DNA of 64,000 nt from the human T2T-CHM13v2.0 reference genome, Homo sapiens. The notes beneath the pieces were generated by a model. That model was given only the letters and a program-made list of their open reading frames with translations. It was not told the origin of the DNA and searched no databases. How positions within the stretch are numbered: position 1 is the first letter of the stretch; each line of letters opens with the position of its first letter. The stretch lies in NCBI RefSeq assembly GCF_009914755.1, contig NC_060944.1; one strand, 5' to 3'. The translations under genes were made by a program, and so were the position numbers. Of this stretch, positions 1 through 11,700 are shown one piece after another.

Positions 1-96
1 ACTCAGCTAACAGAGTTGAACCTTTCTTTTGAGAGAGCAGTTTTGCAACACTCTTTTTGTGGAATATGCAAGTGGATATTAGGGCAGCTTTGAGGA

Positions 97-113
97 TTTC
101 GTTGGAAACGGGA
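97..113 (+). promoter_or_regulatory. CENP-B box 1 (intact; same offset in every HOR)
   Basis: TTTCGTTGGAAACGGGA matches the 17-bp consensus with core NTTCGNNNNANNCGGGN. Confidence 0.95.
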
Positions 114-434
114 ATACATGTAAAAAGCAGACAGCAGCATTCTCAGAAACTTCTTTGTGATGTTTGCATTGAAGTCACAGAGTTGAACATTCCCTTTGAG
201 AGAGCAGGTTTGAAACACGCCTTTTGTCATATCTGGAAGTGTCCATTCGGAGCGCATTCAGGCTTGTGTTGAAAAAGGAAATATCCTCCCATAAAAACTA
301 GACAGAAGCATTCTCAGAAACTTATCTGTGATGTATGTACTCAACTAACAGAACTAAACCATCGTTTTGAAGGAGCAGTTTTGAAACACTCTTTTTGCGG
401 AATCTGCAAGTGGATATTTGGCTAGCTGGGAGGA

Positions 435-451
435 TTTCGTTGGAAACGGGA
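435..451 (+). promoter_or_regulatory. CENP-B box 2 (intact)
   Basis: TTTCGTTGGAAACGGGA. Confidence 0.95.
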
Positions 452-601
452 TTACATACAAAAAGCAGACAGCAGCATTCTCAGAAACTTCTTTGTGATG
501 TTTGCATTCAAGTCACAGAGTTGAACATTCCCTTTCATAGAGCAGGTTTGAAACACTCTTTTTGTAGTATCTGGATGTGGACATTTGGATCGCTTTCAGG
601 C

Positions 602-618
602 CTATGGTGAAAAAGGAA
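602..618 (+). promoter_or_regulatory. pJ-alpha (A-box) motif of A-type monomers; example instance
   Basis: CTATGGTGAAAAAGGAA sits at the position homologous to the CENP-B box in alternate monomers. Variants occur in each A monomer. Confidence 0.8.
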
Positions 619-772
619 ATATCTTCCCATGAAGACTAGACAGAAGCATTCTCAGAAACTTATTTGTGATGTGTGCCCTCAACTGACAGTGTTGAACCTT
701 TGTTTTGATAGAGCAGTTCTGAAACACACTTTTTGTGAAATCTGCAAGAGGATATTTGGATAGCTTTGAGGA

Positions 773-789
773 TTTCGTTGGAAACGGGA
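773..789 (+). promoter_or_regulatory. CENP-B box 3 (intact)
   Basis: TTTCGTTGGAAACGGGA. Confidence 0.95.
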
Positions 790-1114
790 ATGTCTTCATG
801 TAAACTCTAGACAGAAGCATTCTCAGAAACTGCTTTGGGATGTTTCAATTGAAGTCCCAGTGTTGAACATTCCCTTTCATAGAGCAGGTTTGAAACACTC
901 TTTTTGTACTATCTGGAAGTGGACATTTGGAGCGCTTTCAGGTCTACGGTGAAAAAGGAGATATCTTCCAATAAAAACTAGATAGAAGCAATGTCAGAAC
1001 TTTTTTCATGATGTATCTACTCAGCAAACAGAGTTGAACCTTTCTTTTGAGAGAGCAGTTTTGAAACACTCTTTTTGTGGAATATGCAAGTGGGTATTAG
1101 GCCAGCTTGGAGGA

Positions 1115-1131
1115 TTTCGTTGGAAACGGGA
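1115..1131 (+). promoter_or_regulatory. CENP-B box 4 (intact; mutated in U2)
   Basis: TTTCGTTGGAAACGGGA. Confidence 0.95.
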
Positions 1132-1452
1132 ATACGTATAAAAAGCAGACAGCAGCATTGTCAGAAACTACTTTGTGATGTTTGCATTCAAGTCACAGAA
1201 TTGAACACTCCCTTTCACAGAGCAGGTTTGAAACACTCTTTTTGTAGTGTCTGTAAGTGAACATTTGGATTGCTTTCAGGCCTAAGGTGAAAAAGGAAAT
1301 ATCTTCCCATAAAAACTAGACAGAAGCATTCTCAGAAACTTGTTTGTGATGTGTGCCCTCTACTGACAGAGTTGAACCTTTCTTTGCAAAGAGCAGTTTT
1401 GAAACACTCTTTTTGTAGAATCTGCAAGAGGATATTTGGATAGCTTTGAGGA

Positions 1453-1469
1453 TTTCTTGGGAAACGGGA
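1453..1469 (+). promoter_or_regulatory. Degenerate CENP-B box 5 (predicted non-binding)
   Basis: TTTCTTGGGAAACGGGA: the core TTCG is changed to TTCT. Seen at this offset in all units. Confidence 0.88.
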
Positions 1470-1794
1470 ATGTCTTCAGATAAACTCTAGACAGAAGCAT
1501 TCTCAGAAACTTCTTTGGGATGTTTCAATTGAAGTCACAGTGTTGAACATTCCCTTTCACAGAGCAGGTTTGAAACACTCTTTTTGTAGTGTCTATAAGT
1601 GAACATTTGGCGTGCTTTCAGGCCTAACGTGAAAAAGGAAATATCTTCCCATAAAAACTAGACAGAAGCATTCTCAGAAACTTGTTCTTGATGTGTGCCC
1701 TCTACTGACAGAGTTGAACCTTTCTTTGCAAAGAGCAGCTTTGAAACACTCTTTTTGTAGAATCTGCAAGAGGATATTTGGATAGCTTGGAGGA

Positions 1795-1811
1795 TTTCGT
1801 TGGAAACGGGT
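1795..1811 (+). promoter_or_regulatory. CENP-B box 6 (core intact; absent in U6 and U23, degenerate in U13 and U16)
   Basis: TTTCGTTGGAAACGGGT: only the non-core last base differs from consensus. Confidence 0.9.
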
Positions 1812-2135
1812 ATGTCTTCAGATAAACTCTAGACAGAAGCATTCTCAGAAACTTCTTTGGGATGTTGCATTCAAGTCACAGAGTAGAACATTCCCATTCA
1901 TAGAGCAGATTTGAAACACTCTTTTTGTAGTATCTGGAAGTGGACATTTGGAGCGCTTTCAGGCCTATGTTGAAAAAGGAAATATCTTCCCATAAAAACT
2001 AGACGGAAGCATTCTCAGAAACTTATTTGTGATGTGTTTGCTCAACTAACAGGATTGAACCATCGTTTTGAAGGAGCAGTTTTGAAACACTGTTTTCGTG
2101 GAATCTGCAAGTGGATATTTGGCTAGCTTTGAGGA

Positions 2136-2152
2136 TTTCGTTGGAAACGGGA
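2136..2152 (+). promoter_or_regulatory. CENP-B box 7 (intact)
   Basis: TTTCGTTGGAAACGGGA. Confidence 0.95.
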
Positions 2153-2473
2153 TTACATATAAAAAGGAGACAGCAGCATTCTCAGAAACTTCTTTGTGAT
2201 GTCTGCATTCAATTCACAGAGTTGAGCATTCCCTTTCATAGAGCAGGTTGGAAACACTCTTTTTGTAGTATCTGGATGAGGACATTTGGAGCGCTTTCAG
2301 GCGTATGGTGAAAAAGGAAATATCTTCCCGTAAAAACTAGACAGAAGCATTCTCAGAAGTTTATTTGTGATGTGTGCCCTCAACTAACAGAGTTGAACCT
2401 TTCTTTTGATAGAGCAGTTTTGAAACACTCTTTTTGTAAAATCTGCAAGAGGATATTTGGATAGCTTTGAGGA

Positions 2474-2490
2474 TTTCGTTGCAAACGGGA
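2474..2490 (+). promoter_or_regulatory. CENP-B box 8 (variant, core intact)
   Basis: TTTCGTTGCAAACGGGA: G>C at a non-core position; TTCG, A and CGGG are retained. Confidence 0.85.
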
Positions 2491-2719
2491 ATGGCTTCAT
2501 ATAAACTCTAGACAGAAGCATTCTCAGAAACTTCGTTGGGATGTTTCGATTGAAGTCCCAGTGTTGAACATTCCCTTTTATAGAGCAGGTTGGAAACACT
2601 CTTTCTGCATTCCCTGGAAGTGGACATTTGGAGCGCTTTCAGGACGACGGTGAAAATGGAAATATCTTCCAAGAAAATCTAGATAGAAGCAACGTCAGAA
2701 ACTTTTATGTGATGGATCT

Positions 2720-5700
2720 ACTCAGCTAACAGAGTTGAACCTTTCTTTTGAGAGAGCAGTTTTGCAACACTCTTTTTGTGGAATATGCAAGTGGATATTA
2801 GGGCAGCTTTGAGGATTTCGTTGGAAACGGGAATACATGTAAAAAGCAGACAGCAGCATTCTCAGAAACTTCTTTGTGATGTTTGCATTGAAGTCACAGA
2901 GTTGAACATTCCCTTTGAGAGAGCAGGTTTGAAACACGCCTTTTGTCATATCTGGAAGTGTCCATTCGGAGCGCATTCAGGCTTGTGTTGAAAAAGGAAA
3001 TATCCTCCCATAAAAACTAGACAGAAGCATTCTCAGAAACTTATCTGTGATGTATGTACTCAACTAACAGAACTAAACCATCGTTTTGAAGGAGCAGTTT
3101 TGAAACACTCTTTTTGCGGAATCTGCAAGTGGATATTTGGCTAGCTGGGAGGATTTCGTTGGAAACGGGATTACATACAAAAAGCAGACAGCAGCATTCT
3201 CAGAAACTTCTTTGTGATGTTTGCATTCAAGTCACAGAGTTGAACATTCCCTTTCATAGAGCAGGTTTGAAACACTCTTTTTGTAGTATCTGGATGTGGA
3301 CATTTGGATCGCTTTCAGGCCTATGGTGAAAAAGGAAATATCTTCCCATGAAGACTAGACAGAAGCATTCTCAGAAACTTATTTGTGATGTGTGCCCTCA
3401 ACTGACAGTGTTGAACCTTTGTTTTGATAGAGCAGTTCTGAAACACACTTTTTGTGAAATCTGCAAGAGGATATTTGGATAGCTTTGAGGATTTCGTTGG
3501 AAACGGGAATGTCTTCATGTAAACTCTAGACAGAAGCATTCTCAGAAACTGCTTTGGGATGTTTCAATTGAAGTCCCAGTGTTGAACATTCCCTTTCATA
3601 GAGCAGGTTTGAAACACTCTTTTTGTACTATCTGGAAGTGGACATTTGGAGCGCTTTCAGGTCTACGGTGAAAAAGGAGATATCTTCCAATAAAAACTAG
3701 ATAGAAGCAATGTCAGAACTTTTTTCATGATGTATCTACTCAGCAAACAGAGTTGAACCTTTCTTTTGAGAGAGCAGTTTTGAAACACTCTTTTTGTGGA
3801 ATATGCAAGTGGGTATTAGGCCAGCTTGGAGGATTTCGTTGGAAAAGGGAATACGTATAAAAAGCAGACAGCAGCATTGTCAGAAACTACTTTGTGATGT
3901 TTGCATTCAAGTCACAGAATTGAACACTCCCTTTCACAGAGCAGGTTTGAAACACTCTTTTTGTAGTGTCTGTAAGTGAACATTTGGATTGCTTTCAGGC
4001 CTAAGGTGAAAAAGGAAATATCTTCCCATAAAAACTAGACAGAAGCATTCTCAGAAACTTGTTTGTGATGTGTGCCCTCTACTGACAGAGTTGAACCTTT
4101 CTTTGCAAAGAGCAGTTTTGAAACACTCTTTTTGTAGAATCTGCAAGAGGATATTTGGATAGCTTTGAGGATTTCTTGGGAAACGGGAATGTCTTCAGAT
4201 AAACTCTAGACAGAAGCATTCTCAGAAACTTCTTTGGGATGTTTCAATTGAAGTCACAGTGTTGAACATTCCCTTTCACAGAGCAGGTTTGAAACACTCT
4301 TTTTGTAGTGTCTATAAGTGAACATTTGGCGTGCTTTCAGGCCTAACGTGAAAAAGGAAATATCTTCCCATAAAAACTAGACAGAAGCATTCTCAGAAAC
4401 TTGTTCTTGATGTGTGCCCTCTACTGACAGAGTTGAACCTTTCTTTGCAAAGAGCAGCTTTGAAACACTCTTTTTGTAGAATCTGCAAGAGGATATTTGG
4501 ATAGCTTGGAGGATTTCGTTGGAAACGGGTATGTCTTCAGATAAACTCTAGACAGAAGCATTCTCAGAAACTTCTTTGGGATGTTGCATTCAAGTCACAG
4601 AGTAGAACATTCCCATTCATAGAGCAGATTTGAAACACTCTTTTTGTAGTATCTGGAAGTGGACATTTGGAGCGCTTTCAGGCCTATGTTGAAAAAGGAA
4701 ATATCTTCCCATAAAAACTAGACGGAAGCATTCTCAGAAACTTATTTGTGATGTGTTTGCTCAACTAACAGGATTGAACCATCGTTTTGAAGGAGCAGTT
4801 TTGAAACACTGTTTTCGTGGAATCTGCAAGTGGATATTTGGCTAGCTTTGAGGATTTCGTTGGAAACGGGATTACATATAAAAAGGAGACAGCAGCATTC
4901 TCAGAAACTTCTTTGTGATGTCTGCATTCAATTCACAGAGTTGAGCATTCCCTTTCATAGAGCAGGTTGGAAACACTCTTTTTGTAGTATCTGGATGAGG
5001 ACATTTGGAGAGCTTTCAGGCGTATGGTGAAAAAGGAAATATCTTCCCGTAAAAACTAGACAGAAGCATTCTCAGAAGTTTATTTGTGATGTGTGCCCTC
5101 AACTAACAGAGTTGAACCTTTCTTTTGATAGAGCAGTTTTGAAACACTCTTTTTGTAAAATCTGCAAGAGGATATTTGGATAGCTTTGAGGATTTCGTTG
5201 CAAACGGGAATGGCTTCATATAAACTCTAGACAGAAGCATTCTCAGAAACTTCGTTGGGATGTTTCGATTGAAGTCCCAGTGTTGAACATTCCCTTTTAT
5301 AGAGCAGGTTGGAAACACTCTTTCTGCATTCCCTGGAAGTGGACATTTGGAGCGCTTTCAGGACGACGGTGAAAATGGAAATATCTTCCAAGAAAATCTA
5401 GATAGAAGCAACGTCAGAAACTTTTATGTGATGGATCTACTCAGCTAACAGAGTTGAACCTTTCTTTTGAGAGAGCAGTTTTGCAACACTCTTTTTGTGG
5501 AATATGCAAGTGGATATTAGGGCAGCTTTGAGGATTTCGTTGGAAACGGGAATACATGTAAAAAGCAGACAGCAGCATTCTCAGAAACTTCTTTGTGATG
5601 TTTGCATTGAAGTCACAGAGTTGAACATTCCCTTTGAGAGAGCAGGTTTGAAACACGCCTTTTGTCATATCTGGAAGTGTCCATTCGGAGCGCATTCAGG

Positions 5701-8700
5701 CTTGTGTTGAAACAGGAAATATCCTCCCATAAAAACTAGACAGAAGCATTCTCAGAAACTTATTTGTGATGTATGTACTCAACTAACAGAACTAAACCAT
5801 CGTTTTGAAGGAGCAGTTTTGAAACACTCTTTTTGCGGAATCTGCAAGTGGATATTTGGCTAGCTGGGAGGATTTCGTTGGAAACGGGATTACATACAAA
5901 AAGCAGACAGCAGCATTCTCAGAAACTTCTTTGTGATGTTTGCATTCAAGTCACAGAGTTGAACATTCCCTTTCATAGAGCAGGTTTGAAACACTCTTTT
6001 TGTAGTATCTGGATGTGGACATTTGGATCGCTTTCAGGCCTATGGTGAAAAAGGAAATATCTTCCCATGAAAACTAGACAGAAGCATTCTCAGAAACTTA
6101 TTTGTGATGTGTGCCCTCAACTGACAGTGTTGAACCTTTGTTTTGATAGAGCAGTTCTGAAACACACTTTTTGTAAAATCTGCAAGAGGATATTTGGATA
6201 GCTTTGAGGATTTCGTTGGAAACGGGAATGTCTTCATGTAAACTCTAGACAGAAGCATTCTCAGAAACTGCTTTGGGATGTTTCAATTGAAGTCCCAGTG
6301 TTGAACATTCCCATTCATAGAGCAGGTTTGAAACACTCTTTTTGTACTATCTGGAAGTGGACATTTGGAGCGCTTTCAGGTCTACGGTGAAAAAGGAGAT
6401 ATCTTCCAATAAAAACTAGATAGAAGCAATGTCAGAACTCTTTTCATGATGTATCTACTCAGCAAACAGAGTTGAACCTTTCTTTTGAGAGAGCAGTTTT
6501 GAAACACTCTTTTTGTGGAATATGCAAGTGGGTATTAGGCCAGCTTGGAGGATTTCGTTGGAAACGGGAATACGTATAAAAAGCAGACAGCAGCATTGTC
6601 AGAAACTACTTTGTGATGTTTGCATTCAAGTCACAGAATTGAACACTCCCTTTCACAGAGCAGGTTTGAAACACTCTTTTTGTAGTGTCTGTAAGTGAAC
6701 ATTTGGATTGCTTTCAGGCCTAAGGTGAAAAAGGAAATATCTTCCCATAAAAACTAGACAGAAGCATTCTCAGAAACTTGTTTGTGATGTGTGCCCTCTA
6801 CTGACAGAGTTGAAGCTTTCTTTGCAAAGAGCAGTTTTGAAACACTCTTTTTGTAGAATCTGCAAGAGGATATTTGGATAGCTTTGAGGATTTCTTGGGA
6901 AACGGGAATGTCTTCAGATAAACTCTAGACAGAAGCATTCTCAGAAGCTTCTTTGGGATGTTTCAATTGAAGTCACAGTGTTGAACATTCCCTTTCACAG
7001 AGCAGGTTTGAAACACTCTTTTTGTAGTGTCTATAAGTGAACATTTGGCGTGCTTTCAGGCCTAACGTGAAAAAGGAAATATCTTCCCATAAAAACTAGA
7101 CAGAAGCATTCTCAGAAACTTGTTCTTGATGTGTCCCCTCTACTGACAGAGTTGAACCTTTCTTTGCAAAGAGCAGCTTTGAAACACTCTTTTTGTAGAA
7201 TCTGCAAGAGGATATTTGGATAGCTTGGAGGATTTCGTTGGAAACGGGTATGTCTTCAGATAAACTCTAGACAGAAGCATTCTCAGAAACTTCTTTGGGA
7301 TGTTGCATTCAAGTCACAGAGTAGAACATTCCCATTCATAGAGCAGATTTGAAACACTCTTTTTGTAGTATCTGGAAGTGGACATTTGGAGCGCTTTCAG
7401 GCCTATGTTGAAAAAGGAAATATCTTCCCATAAAAACTAGACGGAAGCATTCTCAGAAACTTATTTGTGATGTGTTTGCTCAACTAACAGGATTGAACCA
7501 TCGTTTTGAAGGAGCAGTTTTGAAACACTGTTTTCGTGGAATCTGCAAGTGGATATTTGGCTAGCTTTGAGGATTTCGTTGGAAACGGGATTACATATAA
7601 AAAGGAGACAGCAGCATTCTCAGAAACTTCTTTGTGATGTCTGCATTCAATTCACAGAGTTGAGCATTCCCTTTCATAGAGCAGGTTGGAAACACTCTTT
7701 TTGTAGTATCTGGATGAGGACATTTGGAGCGCTTTCAGGCGTATGGTGAAACAGGAAATATCTTCCCGTAAAAACTAGACAGAAGCATTCTCAGAAGTTT
7801 ATTTGTGATGTGTGCCCTCAACTAACAGAGTTGAACCTTTCTTTTGATAGAGCAGTTTTGAAACACTCTTTTTGTAAAATCTGCAAGAGGATATTTGGAT
7901 AGCTTTGAGGATTTCGTTGCAAACGGGAATGGCTTCATATAAACTCTAGACAGAAGCATTCTCAGAAACTTCGTTGGGATGTTTCGATTGAAGTCCCAGT
8001 GTTGAACATTCCCTTTTATAGAGCAGGTTGGAAACACTCTTTCTGCATTCCCTGGAAGTGGACATTTGGAGCGCTTTCAGGACGACGGTGAAAATGGAAA
8101 TATCTTCCAAGAAAATCTAGATAGAAGCAATGTCAGAAACTTTTATGTGATGGATCTACTCAGCTAACAGAGTTGAACCTTTCTTTTGAGAGAGCAGTTT
8201 TGCAACACTCTTTTTGTGGAATATGCAAGTGGATATTAGGGCAGCTTTGAGGATTTCGTTGGAAACGGGAATACATGTAAAAAGCAGACAGCAGCATTCT
8301 CAGAAACTTCTTTGTGATGTTTGCATTGAAGTCACAGAGTTGAACATTCCCTTTGAGAGAGCAGGTTTGAAACACGCCTTTTGTCATATCTGGAAGTGTC
8401 CATTCGGAGCGCATTCAGGCTTGTGTTGAAAAAGGAAATATCCTCCCATAAAAACTAGACAGAAGCATTCTCAGAAACTTATCTGTGATGTATGTACTCA
8501 ACTAACAGAACTAAACCATCGTTTTGAAGGAGCAGTTTTGAAACACTCTTTTTGCGGAATCTGCAAGTGGATATTTGGCTAGCTGGGAGGATTTCGTTGG
8601 AAACGGGATTACATACAAAAAGCAGACAGCAGCATTCTCAGAAACTTCTTTGTGATGTTTGCATTCAAGTCACAGAGTTGAACATTCCCTTTCATAGAGC

Positions 8701-11700
8701 AGGTTTGAAACACTCTTTTTGTAGTATCTGGATGTGGACATTTGGATCGCTTTCAGGCCTATGGTGAAAAAGGAAATATCTTCCCATGAAAACTAGACAG
8801 AAGCATTCTCAGAAACTTATTCGTGATGTGTGCCCTCAACTGACAGTGTTGAACCTTTGTTTTGATAGAGCAGTTCTGAAACACACTTTTTGTAAAATCT
8901 GTAAGAGGATATTTGGATAGCTTTGAGGATTTCGTTGGAAACGGGAATGTCTTCATGTAAACTCTAGACAGAAGCATTCTCAGAAACTGCTTTGGGATGT
9001 TTCAATTGAAGTCCCAGTGTTGAACATTCCCATTCATAGAGCAGGTTTGAAACACTCTTTTTGTACTATCTGGAAGTGGACATTTGGAGCGCTTTCAGGT
9101 CTACGGTGAAAAAGGAGATATCTTCCAATAAAAACTAGATAGAAGCAATGTCAGAACTTTTTTCATGATGTATCTACTCAGCAAACAGAGTTGAGCCTTT
9201 CTTTTGAGAGAGCAGTTTTGGAACACTCTTTTTGTGGAATATGCAAGTGGGTATTAGGCCAGCTTGGAGGATTTCGTTGGAAACGGGAATACGTATAAAA
9301 AGCAGACAGCAGCATTGTCAGAAACTACTTTGTGATGTTTGCATTCAAGTCACAGAATTGAACACTCCCTTTCACAGAGCAGGTTTGAAACACTCTTTTT
9401 GTAGTGTCTGTAAGTGAACATTTGGATTGCTTTCAGGCCTAAGGTGAAAAAGGAAATATCTTCCCATAAAAACTAGACAGAAGCATTCTCAGAAACTTGT
9501 TTGTGATGTGTGCCCTCTACTGACAGAGTTGAACCTTTCTTTGCAAAGAGCAGTTTTGAAACACTCTTTTTGTAGAATCTGCAAGAGGATATTTGGATAG
9601 CTTTGAGGATTTCTTGGGAAACGGGAATGTCTTCAGATAAACTCTAGACAGAAGCATTCTCAGAAACTTCTTTGGGATGTTTCAATTGAAGTCACAGTGT
9701 TGAACATTCCCTTTCACAGAGCAGGTTTGAAACACTCTTTTTGTAGTGTCTATAAGTGAACATTTGGCGTGCTTTCAGGCCTAACGTGAAAAAGGAAATA
9801 TCTTCCCATAAAAACTAGACAGAAGCATTCTCAGAAACTTGTTCTTGATGTGTCCCCTCTACTGACAGAGTTGAACCTTTCTTTGCAAAGAGCAGCTTTG
9901 AAACACTCTTTTTGTAGAATCTGCAAGAGGATATTTGGATAGCTTGGAGGATTTCGTTGGAAACGGGTATGTCTTCAGATAAACTCTAGACAGAAGCATT
10001 CTCAGAAACTTCTTTGGGATGTTGCATTCAAGTCACAGAGTAGAACATTCCCATTCATAGAGCAGATTTGAAACACTCTTTTTGTAGTATCTGGAAGTGG
10101 ACATTTGGAGCGCTTTCAGGCCTATGTTGAAAAAGGAAATATCTTCCCATAAAAACTAGACGGAAGCATTCTCAGAAACTTATTTGTGATGTGTTTGCTC
10201 AACTAACAGGATTGAACCATCGTTTTGAAGGAGCAGTTTTGAAACACTGTTTTCGTGGAATCTGCAAGTGGATATTTGGCTAGCTTTGAGGATTTCGTTG
10301 GAAACGGGATTACATATAAAAAGGAGACAGCAGCATTCTCAGAAACTTCTTTGTGATGTCTGCATTCAATTCACAGAGTTGAGCATTCCCTTTCATAGAG
10401 CAGGTTGGAAACACTCTTTTTGTAGTATCTGGATGAGGACATTTGGAGCGCTTTCAGGCGTATGGTGAAACAAGAAATATCTTCCCGTAAAAACTAGACA
10501 GAAGCATTCTCAGAAGTTTATTTGTGATGTGTGCCCTCAACTAACAGAGTTGAACCTTTCTTTTGATAGAGCAGTTTTGAAACACTCTTTTTGTAAAATC
10601 TGCAAGAGGATATTTGGATAGCTTTGAGGATTTCGTTGCAAACGGGAATGGCTTCATATAAACTCTAGACAGAAGCATTCTCAGAAACTTCGTTGGGATG
10701 TTTCGATTGAAGTCCCAGTGTTGAACATTCCCTTTTATAGAGCAGGTTGGAAACACTCTTTCTGCATTCCCTGGAAGTGGACATTTGGAGCGCTTTCAGG
10801 ACGACGGTGAAAATGGAAATATCTTCCAAGAAAATCTAGATAGAAGCAATGTCAGAAACTTTTATGTGATGGATCTACTCAGCTAACAGAGTTGAACCTT
10901 TCTTTTGAGAGAGCAGTTTTGCAACACTCTTTTTGTGGAATATGCAAGTGGATATTAGGGCAGCTTTGAGGATTTCGTTGGAAACGGGAATACATGTAAA
11001 AAGCAGACAGCAGCATTCTCAGAAACTTCTTTGTGATGTTTGCATTGAAGTCACAGAGTTGAACATTCCCTTTGAGAGAGCAGGTTTGAAACACGCCTTT
11101 TGTCATATCTGGAAGTGTCCATTCGGAGCGCATTCAGGCTTGTGTTGAAAAAGGAAATATCCTCCCATAAAAACTAGACAGAAGCATTCTCAGAAACTTA
11201 TCTGTGATGTATGTACTCAACTAACAGAACTAAACCATCGTTTTGAAGGAGCAGTTTTGAAACACTCTTTTTGCGGAATCTGCAAGTGGATATTTGGCTA
11301 GCTGGGAGGATTTCGTTGGAAACGGGATTACATACAAAAAGCAGAGAGCAGCATTCTCAGAAACTTCTTTGTGATGTTTGCATTCAAGTCACAGAGTTGA
11401 ACATTCCCTTTCATAGAGCAGGTTTGAAACACTCTTTTTGTAGTATCTGGATGTGGACATTTGGATCGCTTTCAGGCCTATGGTGAAAAAGGAAATATCT
11501 TCCCATGAAGACTAGACAGAAGCATTCTCAGAAACTTATTTGTGATGTGTGCCCTCAACTGACAGTGTTGAACCTTTGTTTTGATAGAGCAGTTCTGAAA
11601 CACACTTTTTGTGAAATCTGCAAGAGGATATTTGGATAGCTTTGAGGATTTCGTTGGAAACGGGAATGTCTTCATGTAAACTCTAGACAGAAGCATTCTC

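Larger units (their letters stand above)
1..2719 (+). repeat. Canonical 16-mer HOR unit U1 (8 dimers; phase set arbitrarily by the window start)
   Basis: 'actcagctaacagag' at position 1 recurs at 2720. The eight B-box positions are 97, 435, 773, 1115, 1453, 1795, 2136 and 2474. Their spacings (338, 338, 342, 338, 342, 341, 338, 342) sum to 2719. Confidence 0.96.

Noticed and set aside
140-149. TTCTCAGAA dyad (STAT/GAS-like TTCNNNGAA) in most monomers
   Set aside because: It is a universal part of the alpha-satellite consensus, and nothing in this window suggests a specific regulatory role.
2690-2697. caacgtc/caatgtc polymorphism at the end of each HOR
   Set aside because: It is an ordinary CpG transition segregating among HOR haplotypes and was used only as a marker.
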